A DNA stretch of 64,000 nucleotides from Selaginella moellendorffii (lineage: Eukaryota > Plantae > Lycopodiophyta), in NCBI RefSeq assembly GCF_000143415.4, contig NW_003314341.1, forward strand, positions 308,991 through 372,990. Direction: 5' to 3'. Below are positions 27,001 through 38,697 of this stretch, piece after piece; position 1 is the stretch's first letter; every line of letters begins with the position of its first letter. The notes under the pieces are model-generated. The model had not been told where the DNA came from. It saw only the letters and a program-made list of their open reading frames with translations, and did no database searches. The position numbers and the translations under genes were made by a program.

Positions 27001-27223
27001 CTGAATCCAAGGGATCCCAGCATGAGCATATCGGTGGATAATGTTGTGCATGGTTGGATGCGGAAGCAGAGTGCCACCATCACCTTGCCAGACCATGCAA
27101 GAGATGCAGCAAGAGCATTCATAACCTGGGTTCAAGGTGAGATTCATTAATATTCCTTTACTAAGTTTCTAATGTATTTTATTTCAAGGTGAACAATCCG
27201 AATCTGAATTAGAGGAGGCGTGA
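24082..27223 (+). pseudogene. Sola-like DDD transposase (~1,030 aa) with three in-frame stops
   Basis: Single frame from ATG 24082 through ORFs 24265-25779 and 26041-27150; stops TGA 24256, TGA 25777 and TAG 25933. Motifs FSKCDEC..H, CIIHDKMD, LLLQTDNAGSENKN, FLMVGHTHEDDDAMFS. Two N-terminal VAxG..D..LG..V repeats. Probable last intron 27137-27188. Confidence 0.88.
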
Positions 27224-27815
27224 TGGCATGTGGCCCTTTGCACTAGTATATTTTAATACCGGTCTGAGAAATAGAATGGCATGTGCCCTCAGGCCTTTTA
27301 CTAAATCACCTTTGAAAGAAATGCAAGCCTTTATGTCGTAAAAAAAAGGTACTAGAGAAATTCCTTAATAATATGAATGTTATTTAGTTTCATGAAAATA
27401 CACTAAGGGTCAAATGAGTTAAATGACTTCTCCAGACTAGCAATGCCTCTTGCTACACCTTCACAATTAGATTCGTTAGAAAAAGATAACATTGAATAAT
27501 ATCTAAATGTTCTCACCATTAAGTTATATGTCTGGCTAATAGGAATGACGTTCATCTTGGAAAGCTCACCACACGCTCAATGAACAAACAAATAGTGTGT
27601 GCGCGCATGCCATCGCTCTTCTTTAGCTTCAGATTCGGCTTGTTCACCTTGACAATGAGATTTATTATACAACCAGATGGACTCAGTCTGGACACAAAGT
27701 CACCGCGCTAGTCACCATGCCCCAGATATGTCTAGCCCCTGGACAAAAAACATATAATTTCACGTCATTTTCAAATACTTGAAAATTTGTACCTAGTCCC
27801 ATTTTACTGAATAAA

Positions 27816-27839
27816 TCCCACTTTAACGAAATAGAGCTT
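27816..27839 (-). repeat. Right TIR
   Basis: TCCCACTTTAACGAAATAGAGCTT followed by TSD CTAA. Confidence 0.95.
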
Positions 27840-28300
27840 CTAAACAATATAATGTAAGAAAAAGATAATTATAACATATGAAATATAATGGATGTACCTC
27901 CTTAGGCTAGTAGTAAGTTGTAATCCTCGTAGTAAGTCCCACAAGCTAATCTCGTTTGGATTGAGTAAGGTGTTTGTGATAAAATCTTTAAGGACGGTAT
28001 TCTAAATATGCTTAAGAGTTGTAGATGAGTTTCTCATAGTCTCTTTTTGCACAACATCTTTGAAACGGTTGAAAGAACTCCTTTGTATCCCTTCCTGCAT
28101 TGGATGCATGTGTGTGCCAATATGCACTACAACTCTTCTAGCCACTCCATCCCGTGAAAGAAAGTAATACATCTTGGCCTTGTAGATAGCACGATATAGA
28201 GGAGCATTTTTGTAGAATCAACACTTGAATCCAACAGCAATGGTGTCATCGGCTCGGCATCCACTAAAGTGCCCATGGTGGCAACCCCAAGCTCGACATT

Positions 28301-28370
28301 AGGCACTTTAGGGGCTGAAAGGGCCGAGGTTATTTGAATAACCTCGGCCCCTTGAGCAACCAAAGTGCCT
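28301..28370. promoter_or_regulatory. Hairpin/palindrome in the MULE divergent intergenic region
   Basis: GGGCCGAGGTTATT-TG-AATAACCTCGGCCC (28321-28350, perfect 14-bp arms), flanked by aggcacttt..aaagtgcct. Function is inferred only. Confidence 0.55.
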
Positions 28371-28559
28371 GAGGTGGAGTTTGGGCCCACTTGATTTTTT
28401 TTTCTTTTTGACTATTTGAATTTCTTATTATTTTTATTTAGTTTGACTAACCAAATTTTTTCTCTTACAGAAAAAGAAAATTGTACCACATAAAAAGGTT
28501 GTTGAAGCCAAAAAGACACTAAAAATTCAATTTGGCATTGATGACAACATCACAATCGA

Positions 28560-31500
28560 CATGATCATTAACACATTAACAAAGACACATTTACTTAGAA
28601 ATCCACCTCCTCCACCACCATCACCTCTACCATCACCACCTCCACCACTAGCATGGTCACCGCCACCACGACAAATTCTTGAAGTTGGGCTATCTAGTGA
28701 TGTTCTCGACAGGGAACCTGAGGAATAGCTTGGAGCTGACTTTCCCGACGACATGGTGGACAAGTGCTTCCAAAAGACTATTATGCGAACAAGGGAAAAA
28801 GTAGTTCACCAAACACTTGAGGCACTCAAGTGGCCAGGCCATTGTGACTTGATCAAAAAAATCCCCCTTTGCCGTTTGTAGCAGATGAAATTTGTCCGCA
28901 TAACATCCAAGTATGTAAACCCGGACATATATAGCTTGTTCAAAAAGAATGGCCTTGCGACAAATATCGATATATTTCTAGTCTCTTTTTGCAAGCCAAG
29001 AACAATGGAGATCGTTACTATCACACCCGAGATTGTGAATAGCTGGGATCCTATTTGGAGGAGGAAGTCCTTGGAATTTAATAACATGCTTATCAGACAT
29101 CCTGAGACTCAACAGCTTGTGGGGACAATGTTCCAAATTATTGACAATAACCACCAATATAAGGCTTGGATGAAGTGTATTAATGATCATTTTCGTGATG
29201 ATCCCATCTACCATATCAATGTTCCAGTCAGTGATGTCTATACAAGAGGACCTTTACATGTCAACAGATTTATTTTGGCCTACCAAAAGATCAATGCGTA
29301 AGTTTTATAATTTTACTTCCAACTCCACTTTAATTTGTTTTGTCGTGTTTAAATGTGTAAGAAACCAAAGAGAATGACTCAAGAGACGATCCATGAGGTT
29401 CAAATATAGAGGGAAAAGAGCTCATGAACAAAAGTGCATCCCCTTTTCTAATTGGTTAAGGGTCTTGGGATATTTGGGGTTAAGCGTCCTTGGGTTTGAA
29501 TAGTACTGGGTTGGGTGACCTCCCGGGAAGTCCAAACTTAGAAGCTTACATTTGGTATTATAGCGGTCTCGGGTCCGACTTTGTTGATTGGCTAGGGAAT
29601 CACACCACATGTTGATTGACATTTGGCTGGTCCAGTTTGCTCAAGAGTTTACAAAATGCAAGATTGGGTAGTTCACTGTTCAAAAGAAAAACCTTGTCCA
29701 TAACATCGAGAAACTTTAATTTTTGGCAAATTTGAGTGAGGATGACATCCGCCAACATTATGGTGATGATTTTGCAACACTTGTTCGGCACTCACGCACT
29801 CGAAATGATGGTACAACTTAGTTCAAAAACCCAATCAATTTTATGCTTGCTGTGTGGTGCAAGGTATATCTTTCCCTTTCATTTTATAAGGGCCTTTTTT
29901 AATTGTTTTGGTTTTTAGCCTTTAGTGAAGGTCAAGCAAGATGCTTATGAACTTGCATATTCAAAGAAGAGTCAGGAAGAGCTCTTAGCTGAGTTTGTAC
30001 AAATTGAGCACAAAATTCAACATGTAAAGTCTTCAAAGTTGAAGAAACTAGTATGCATTGCAGATAATCGTAAATTTCTTATTGCACTTCATTTTTCTCA
30101 ATTATGCATATGTTACTTTTGTAATGAACAAAACTCCAAATGACATGATTTACAATATCACAAAATTGAAACTTCCATATAAACAACAGATAAAGACTTT
30201 GGACTTCCTCAATATCTACTTGATGAACAAAGAGAAAGGACTGCCAGAACTATTTAAGAACATAATGAGAAGGGCTGTCTACATCATGCAAACTATAAGT
30301 GAAAGTGAGAAGTTCTTGGCACCACATATTAGTGACGATCTAAATGGCACATTCATGTCTTTCGACACCTACATCAACAATTTATGATTGCCAACATGGT
30401 CAGCCTTATTTCATGTGACGTGCAGCTTATAGGTATAATATAATTTCTAAGACTTTTTTTAAAGATATATTATTTATAGGTATCTTCGATATAGAGGCAT
30501 GCCATTTGAGGCACCAGTTTGCACTCGACTTGTTGCAAAAAGTGTAAGGGATGGAGGAATGTACCTAACAATGTTTGCAAGAGTTCCAAAGGCACGAAAG
30601 ATAGAATGTGTTTGGGAGTTGGAGCTCCTAAGGAGGGAGATCTCTACACTAGTCCACAAGGAAATTATCAATGCTAGCAATGATCGGAATGCAAGTGATG
30701 ATGGAGACGAGGATGAGGAAGCTCTAGATCAAGTTCATGTTCCACCACTAGACAGCCAGGATCAAGCTCCAATTCAACCATCAAACAACCAAAATTCGGA
30801 TCAAGTTCTACTAGTAAATAATGATGATCAAGTGGTTCACAGAATATCACGTCAACCTCGAGGTAAGCAAAAGTGAATTTTACAAACTAAAGGTGGTCAT
30901 ACATGTTTTTTACAGCAATGACTGTTGGTAGTAATTTCATTCCATCTCAACAAGATGCTCGTGAAGAGGAGTTAGAGGAACTTTCATCGACAACACGCTA
31001 TATGACGGTAGCATATTATTTATTGTTTTTTTCATTCACTTAGTTCTTTTATAGGTTCGTCTTGTATCTCCAATAATACGAGGCATTGTGAGTATCTTTA
31101 TTAGCTCCTACAGTAGATTGTTGACAACTTTCATGGAAGATGACATCAACATGGATATACAGTGCTAACCATTGGTGCCGAAAGATACAAAGGCCCTTGC
31201 TCCCAATTGCGGACTTCATTCTCTTTGACTTTTCTAATGGTCTTTTAGATATCAATAGGAAAGTTGAGGATTGGAAATTTCTCACATCTGACCATATGCG
31301 CAATGCATTCCTCTTGTCTGAAGCACTTATACTCGAAGTTGGCCATATCATCTTCATCCTACCAAACAATCAAAACTGGATGTATGAGCTTATGACGTGC
31401 ATAGCAAAAGTTAATTTCAAGTCATTCTCTTCCGGGTGCATCATGGATCCTATTGGCATCGATATGAGGGGCGTCCAAAGGAAGCCTGAAAAGGTGAGTA

Positions 31501-32109
31501 TATGCTTTATATTTTTATCTAATTTCTAAACATTTTTATTTTGCAGGTTATGATGTGGACCTATCATGCCTTATGTAGAAACACACATGATGGGTTTCGT
31601 GATAGTGAACGTGCAGCACGTGTTTTGCCTGGGTATGACAGTTCCACTAACATCATACCCAACCTTGTGGATGAGCAGATCCGCAACACCTTTCTAAGAT
31701 ATCGATTTCAAACTCCATTGGCGATTGCTTAAGCTCTATTGCCCACTAGATGGTGTTATAATTGATTGCACAATAGGTAGCAGTTTTATGGTAAAGGTAA
31801 CACATGACTCTAGTAGGTCGGTGTTTGCTATCGAAGAACATTATTTCTTCAAAGCCGGCTCAAAGGATTTTGTGAGTTGCCTCCAACCTCAAGGAGGTAA
31901 ATTATGTTTATTAAAATTTCAATATATATTTACTTCTATTTTATAGATCACAATCACCTGGAGTTTCTAGAATTGGAGGCTTTGGAAGTCTCCTTGACTA
32001 TGTAGAAGCTATGGCTCAACATATACAAGGTGAGCCTTCTCCACAATAACAATATAGGAGGAAGCATAAAAGAAATCAATATGTTGATGATGAGGTGAAA
32101 GAAAGTTAA
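28560..32109 (+). pseudogene. MULE cargo gene: ParB/Srx-like N-terminus plus beta-class MTase-like C-terminus; multi-exon, decayed, interrupted by a Cassandra
   Basis: IPLCRL..MKFVR..FKKNG, MFQIIDNNHQYKAW (like IIDGNHR..A), IADFILFDFSNG, LKLYCPLDGVIIDCTIGSS..SSRSVFAIEE. Short GT-AG introns, e.g. 31494-31546 and 31897-31946. Confidence 0.62.
29356..29643 (+). mobile_element. Truncated Cassandra TRIM (5' LTR 29356-29550, PBS, part of internal region)
   Basis: TGT..ACA LTR with 5S-derived GTTAAGCGTCCTTGGG..AGTACTGGGTTGGGTGACCTCCCGGGAAGTCC, followed by a TGGTAT PBS. Confidence 0.88.
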
Positions 32110-33364
32110 TTGCATCCTTATATAAAATGAAAAGCTGTATGAATAGAAGTGACTTTCTTTCGAGCCATTTCAATACAAACTTCCAATGAGCTCTAGGAGA
32201 ACAAAAAAACTATGATGACAATAACTTTTCTAGATAGTTTATATACTAAGTTTTAGTCTCAGGAATGAGGTTTATTTATTATGACACTGACAATACTTAG
32301 ATTCTTTAAATGTCAGTCTTGGAAATGGGGCTTCATAATCATAGCTTGCTTATAAATATAAGAGCTTCTAGAATTTTAGATTATCGTGTATAAACATGCT
32401 CTATCATTATGATAAAATCCTACTTTGCTACACATATATTATTTTCTACACATGCTAAATGTCTAAGGAAATAGACAATAAGGAAATATAGACCCCATTA
32501 TAATGGCAAAGCATGTTGGCATATTACCATTATCTCGTGTGAGATTGCCTTTCAGTCTTAGAAATGTAGATAATGTTGCTTCTTTCATATGATATTACTT
32601 TTGAGTCTTTTGAAAGATTTCAATTTCTTTTATTATTATTCACAAACAACTCCTGAAAACTTTTAATGAGGATTCATTGCAAAAATATACCTTGGTCTTA
32701 TCATATAAGAGGATTGCAATATAGGCAGGCAACAGAGTTTTTAATATGAATTAATATATAAATTATAAATGTCATGGAAAGTTTTATGGAGTAGATTTTT
32801 TAGTGCCTTCCGCCATGTTGTTCATTTCTTCATTTCTCTTACTTTGAACTATTGTTTTAGAAGTAATAGAAGCATTTTTATTAATCGTGATAGTGGTCTC
32901 TACATTCCCAGATGGGTAATAAGGACCAGGAGTGTAATATGGAAATTGTGGTAGTGAAACAAAATTAATATTCTCACATTCCTTTGCACTATAACTCTTA
33001 TTCACAGATCTTGTATTTTCCTTGCTTCCCATCTTCTCAAGATTCCTAAAAAATATTTTGAATGAAGGAATAGTATCTACAACTATAAAAGTATTCAAAA
33101 TATTTAAGTAGTCAAATCAAAATATGACAGCTGTAACAATAGTTATAATAAAATAATATAGCTTTATAAAAGATAGGTTCTCGTGAATTTTGTCTTTTTT
33201 AAACAATTCAATCTTATAGAAACTTTTAACTTAGATATTTACGTATTTAAATATTTTAAAGTTTGCTAGAACCTTCATTTGTTTAATTTAGATTTCATTT
33301 GTAAGACTTTTAGTTGACTATGTTGACTTGAGTTGACTTGTGTTGAATTGAGCTCAACTCAAAT

Positions 33365-33960
33365 TTAGACTATTCCCATACTTGTTAGTAGCCAAAAGTA
33401 AGATCTAACTTGGTGAATGAATAACTTCTCCCCAGATAATCCAAGTGAGGAAAAGGGTATATATCTGGGATTGTCACTTCATTTAATGGACGATAGTCAA
33501 TGTAGAAACAAATATTCCCATTAAGCTTCATTACAAAATAAAGTTCATATGCCCAAGGACTCAATGACTTTTAAATAACACTTTTTTCTAACATTTTTTT
33601 GATGTTTGCACGTAAAGTCTTGATCTCTTTAAATGATTGATGACAAATAAAAACCTTGATTGGATAAGCATCCCCAGTTAGAATAGGATGACGTGTTGCA
33701 ATCTTGGCCCCAGATGACAGGTTGAATTCAAAGAGATCAGCATACTCCTTCATGAGGTGATCAACTGCTGCAACACAAAGACCGTCAGAAGGATTGGAAA
33801 AAGAAAGAGAGGAACAAGATGGAAATATAAAAGAAAGTAATGTAGAGATAAATGTGATAGAAGTAGAGGTAGAAGCAGAGGGACAAAGACAAATTAAAGT
33901 GAGAGGAATAGAAGAAATATAAAGAAATATGAAATAAAGGGGAGAAGCCTCAAAGTCACA
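33365..33960 (-). pseudogene. Gypsy RT N-terminal half, continuous with 12485-10080 across the MULE insertion
   Basis: SPWAY..KLNGNICFYIDYRPLNEVTIPDIYPFP..FTKLDLTFGY*Q. Confidence 0.82.
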
Positions 33961-33966
33961 CTTGGC

Positions 33967-34532
33967 TGTAAAAAACCAAAAAGAACAACTTGAGAGATGA
34001 TCTATAAAGTTTAAATATAAAGGGAAAAGGCCCATGAATAAAAGTGCACCCCATTTTCAAATTAGTTAAGTGTCTTGGGATACTTGGGGTTAAGTGTCTT
34101 TGGGTTTGAATAGTACTAAGCTAGATGACCTCCTAAAAAGTCTAAATTTAGGAGCTTAGATTTCGTATCAAAGGGGTCTTGGGTCCGACTCGATTGATTA
34201 GTTTAGGGGAATCATGCTATATATTGATTAACATATGGCAAGTCTAATTTGTTTTGGTTGGGCTCGACTCGAGGGGTAAAGTGTCAAGAGAATGGGCCTC
34301 TTGGGAGAGTTGTGGCTCTTAACTTCCATTCACGAGGGTGTGAACTTACAAGGAAGCATGATGGATTGTAAGCAACTAAAGAGAATGATTTGAGAGACAA
34401 TCCATGGGGTTCAAATATAAAGGGAAAGAGTCTATAAACAAAAGTGCATCCCCTTTTTCAATCAGTTAAAAGTTTTGGGATATTTAAAGTTAAGTGTCCT
34501 TAGGTTTGAATAGTATTGGGCTGGGTGACCTC
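33967..34532 (+). mobile_element. Degenerate Cassandra TRIM (LTR 33967-34160, internal region, truncated LTR from 34367)
   Basis: Homologous to the reverse complement of 48173-48765; 5S-like segment in both LTRs. Confidence 0.85.
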
Positions 34533-35395
34533 CTCTGCAACCAATCCATACCAAGGATGAAGTCAAAAACTTGACTCAACACCACCCACAATAACTGCAA
34601 CTCAAACTCGAGGTCACCCATACGCACATGCATGTGTATAGCCATTAAAATAAAGAATGAAAATTAGCTCTACTGCATGATGCAAATATAGATAGTAATG
34701 TGTGTATAGCTATTAAAATAAAGAATGAAAATTAACTCTGCTGCATGATGCAAATATATATAGTAATGTGTGGCAATTGGCTTAACAATAGAAGATAAGT
34801 TCGAGCTTGTATCAACCAACATGGAGAGAAGAATAAAAAAACTATCCCAAGTTATAAGGCTTAATGCATAGCCAAAAATGAGTATGGAAAGTAAACACTA
34901 GATGAACTAGTGCTGAGTGAACCCCTTGATTGTACTTCCAAAAGAAAAATGGAAAGGTCATTGACTTATTTGCACAAGGTCCTTTCGCTACTCACATGAC
35001 TCCTAATTTCTCAAAAGCATTTTAGTGTCCAAACCTTCTATTGCAGTAGTACCAGTAGGATGTTAGTGACTCCTAATTTCTCAAAACCATCTTAGTATCT
35101 AGACCTTCTATTATAGCAGTACTAATAGGATGTTGTTGACACCAAGGTTTCCACCCAAGATGGAGGTCACCAATTTGGAAAATGCCAATAATGCTGATAA
35201 GTATGACCAACTTCATTATATGCCTAACAGCAAACATCATAGCCATAACCACATTCTCGCCCTTATCTTTGAACTCGGGTAATAGCAATATCAATCTCCA
35301 TTGGAACAGGACCATCTCCCACAGAAAGTGGAGTTGAAGGATGCATAGTGAGAAGTGAAAGAGGCGACATCTCATAAAATTGTGCATCATCAAAG

Positions 35396-36175
35396 TGTTA
35401 GCGACTAAATTTTCCATTCTACTTTAGTCACTTAACCACACTTTCAACCATTTGGAGGAGTCTCACTCACAACCTCCATAAGTCCTATTCCGGACTTGGG
35501 GCTTGCTAGCCTCAAGAATGGCATCCTTGCCACTTAACCTTTCCACTTGGTCCAAGTGCTCCATATGTCTAATCCCATGATCGACACCCAAAGGTACCAC
35601 TGACTTGAGTACCACTGATTTGGACTCGGACTCGAACTCGGTCTTAGTCTCAGACTCAGTCTCGGTCTTGGTCTCGATTTCAGACTCAAACTCAATCTCG
35701 GTCTCGGTCTCAAGTCCATCTTGGACTCTATCTCGGACTCCATCTCAAGTCCATCTTGGACTCCATCTCGGACTGCATCTGGGGTCCATCTTGAACCCCA
35801 TCTCGGACTCCATCTCGGACTTCATCTCGGATCCATCTCGGAGTCCATCTCAAGTCCATCTCAAACTCCATCTCGGATCCATCTCAGACTCCATGTCAAA
35901 TCCATCTCGGACTCCCAAGTCCATCTCGGACTCCATCTTGGGTCCTTCCACATGTCATGTGTTGGTCCTTTTGTGTCCCTTTTTTAGAGACTCATTTATT
36001 ACTTGCTTCGTGCTCATTCCTCAAGCACTTTATTAGGAGTTCCACTCCTGCTTTCAACTTTTCAAATTTGAGTTTTTAGTCTATATGTGTTACCCTCATT
36101 TGGCTTCCGCCTCAGCCACTACCATGTGGCACCCTTTCGGCTCCTCTTTGGGGCCTAAGGATTTTATGTCTCACA
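35396..36175 (-). mobile_element. Internally deleted solo LTR of the 47911-61723 family
   Basis: Both LTR ends present (TGTGAGACA.. and ..GTCGCTAACA) with the GGACTCCATCTC satellite. Flanks CAAAG/TAAAG form a 5-bp TSD with one mismatch. Confidence 0.82.
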
Positions 36176-36580
36176 TAAAGGTGGTTAAAGCAAATGCATA
36201 CATAAGTCTTACAAGATTTTGATGAAATGCTAGCTATAACATTCTTAACTTGATCTGCTCTGACATATTTAGCTTCACACGAAGCAAGAGGCTTCGGAAC
36301 AAAACGCCAAATTACATCACAGACTTAAATATCTCTTGTTGAAGATGATGCAATTGTTGGAAGGCATTGTCACAATTATTGACATATTCAAATACACGTT
36401 TGAAGACGTCTAGGAGAATGCTTTAATCCTCACGAGTGGCTGCACTCAAACCATTGTACCATTATAGTATTGTCCTTTAAAGACACATGGAAAATTCATG
36501 CAAACACCAAGCATCATCCCAAGAATGATATATATCAATCACCATGAAGTTATTGAATCAATGGTACACATCATCCCCAT

Positions 36581-37046
36581 GTACTATTCAAACCCAAGGA
36601 TGCTTAACCCAAAATATCCCAAGACCCTTAACCGATTGAAAAAGGGGGTGTATTCTTATTCATGAGCCCTTTTCATGAATAAAAATAGAAGTTGAGAGTT
36701 ACAGCTTTCCCAAGAGCCCCACTCTCTTGACACTCTACCCCTTGGGTCAAGCCCAGCTGAAGTAAACTAGACCTACCAAATGTTAATCAATATGTGGTGT
36801 GATTCCCTTAGCCAACTAACAGAGTCAAACCCAAAACCTTTCTGATACCAAATGTAATCTCTTAAATTTAGACTTCCCAGGAGGTCACCCAACCTAATAC
36901 TATTCAAACCCAAAGATGCTTAACCCCAAGTATCCCAAAACCATTAACGGATTGGAAAAGGGCGTGCATTCTTATTAATAGACCCTTTCCCTCTATATTT
37001 GAACCCAATAGATAATCTCTCAAGTCGTTTTTTTTTGTTGCTTACA
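36581..37046 (-). mobile_element. Degenerate Cassandra TRIM (LTR 37046-36853, PBS, internal region, partial second LTR)
   Basis: Same orientation and sequence as 48173-48765; PBS tctgatacca at 36841-36850. Confidence 0.85.
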
Positions 37047-37049
37047 CCC

Positions 37050-37535
37050 CAGGATTCCCACGGAAGAACTCCGGTTGGACTCAAGGATTAGTAGTAAAAG
37101 CAGGAGTTGTACCACACGCTATGAATGTCGCTATCAACTGAGTCTAATTGTTCAATTGCAATTGTATAGCATTGATCAATTGCACCAACTACTGCTCCAA
37201 AGTTAAAGGAGGAGGAGGCTACTGCTTTGCCATGAAGATGAACGAAAGGAAAGACCAAAAGAGAAGAAGGTGAGAAAAACTATAAAAAAAAAGGGAGATT
37301 TAGACAATGCAAAAGTTAGATCTAAAAAAAAATCCCAAATCTAAGCACTCCTCAAGAACAATCAAAGTTGCCCCTCATCTCCATCAATATGAGTGTATAG
37401 AATATGGAAAGAGAATATAGAAATATATCAATTAGCCCAAAAACCCTAGTTTATATATAAGAACGAGTGAAATCAATCTAACGGCTACCAAAATCTCACT
37501 ATGCTAATATTAGTATATGGCATCATAGCCATAAT
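37050..37535 (-). mobile_element. Probable 5' LTR and gag start of the old gypsy element
   Basis: 37410-37535 resembles 10110-10245 (atatcaattagcccaaaaaccctag..gctaccaaaa..tatatggcat) and lies upstream of the RT fragment on the same strand. Confidence 0.55.
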
Positions 37536-38697
37536 ATAAAAGAGAAATTTTAAATATAGTAACTTTTTCTTTTTGTAGTTATAAAGTTGTCTTTTTGCAA
37601 TCAGTATAGTACAATCTAAATATTAAACTAGAATTCAATTAAAACAATATATTTGAATTAGTTACACCTAAATTAAATATTTGGATTAGCATATGCTTCT
37701 TTCAAGAATACTTACAGGGTTGGTAAAAGGTGAATACTAAACCTTAAACCTAAACATATTTGATTGCATTATTGTTTACATGGTTTAGCCATGAAGAATG
37801 ACACCTTTACGCAAGCAATTTGGATGATGATTGTTACTATCCACCATCTGTCTTTTGCCTTATTATGGTGCTCTGCTAATGGTGGCCTTTGTGTGTCACT
37901 TGTGAATTGTACATGAATGAGGCCTCTGACTGTCTCTTGAAGTTCTCTTCCACTACCCAAAGAAAGTTGTAAAGCTCATTCAATTGGTAGAATGTCTTAA
38001 TATTATTTTACTTATATATGAATACAGTTATTTTGGGGTTTAGACACAAGAATGAATGGATCTGATTCAGTCTGAATCAGATGATCCATATGCTATCAAA
38101 TATTTCTTAAGTTTGATGAAAATATGAGTATAATAATATTATAATCATCAACATTACAAATATTACAAGACTAAAAGGTCCTTAATAATTTGCAGAACAT
38201 ATTATACCACACTAATTGAAAAAAGTGACGAAATAACTCTTTATTAACCGCTTCTAAAAGCCCTTACAAGCATTTATTGATTTCTCATTAATCAATTTGA
38301 CACTTTTTCTAAGTTAAACACTCATATCTATCCTAATATATTTGGTTGCTTTTATATCTTTTCAACATACCTTTACTGGATGAGATTTTTTTACCAGATT
38401 TGTATAAATCATGCTTATATTATAGGTTTGGATTAACTTACTAAAGATTAATTTCCATCAACTAGAGTTTTAAGAATTTTGTACTTACTAAAGAATTTTA
38501 ACACAATTTCGTTCTTTTCTCTTTCATATCATAATGAGTCTTTTGTATTGTACTCTTTTATTGATAAACACCTGCTTTAAAATCACATGCCTACACTTTA
38601 AGTTTTTTTGTACTTTGTCAAAAATGTAAAAATAAATGAGACGAGTATAATCAAAACATCTATGCAAGAGGAGAGATATGTAGTATATATTTATTTT

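Larger units (their letters stand above)
15866..27613. repeat. Dispersed 22-bp palindrome ATGGCRTG-N-GGCC-N-CAYGCCAT, about 20 copies
   Basis: Starts at 15866, 16943, 17018, 18244, 18435, 18576, 20075, 21352, 21412, 21489, 22260, 23195, 23810, 23908, 23978, 25824, 25881, 27223, 27276, 27592; some are degenerate. Confidence 0.92.
15480..27839 (+). mobile_element. 12.36-kb Sola-like (DDD) cut-and-paste DNA transposon with a divergent cargo gene
   Basis: Perfect 24-bp TIRs and 4-bp TSD CTAA (15476-15479, 27840-27843). Transposase with D..DN..NKN..GHTHEDxD motifs. GC/CpG-richer than the flanks. The superfamily label is motif-based. Confidence 0.9.
12591..33360. mobile_element. Large Mutator-like (MULE) DNA transposon; left terminus probably in the gap, right terminus ..AATTGAGCTCAACTC
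   Basis: MULE transposase and SWIM remnants. The same terminus GAGTTGAGCTCAATT starts paralogous copies at 4954 and 62091. The element interrupts a gypsy RT. No TSD is observable because of the gap. Confidence 0.72.

Noticed and set aside
15866-27613. 22-bp palindromes as CRISPR repeats or MITEs
   Set aside because: Irregular spacing from ~55 bp to >1.8 kb, no cas genes, and no consistent TSD seen around the copies.
29478-29533. 5S rRNA gene
   Set aside because: Only the internal ~55-nt promoter-like portion is present, inside TG..CA LTRs with a PBS; this is Cassandra, not a 5S locus. The same applies at 34.1, 34.5, 36.9, 48.2 and 48.6 kb.
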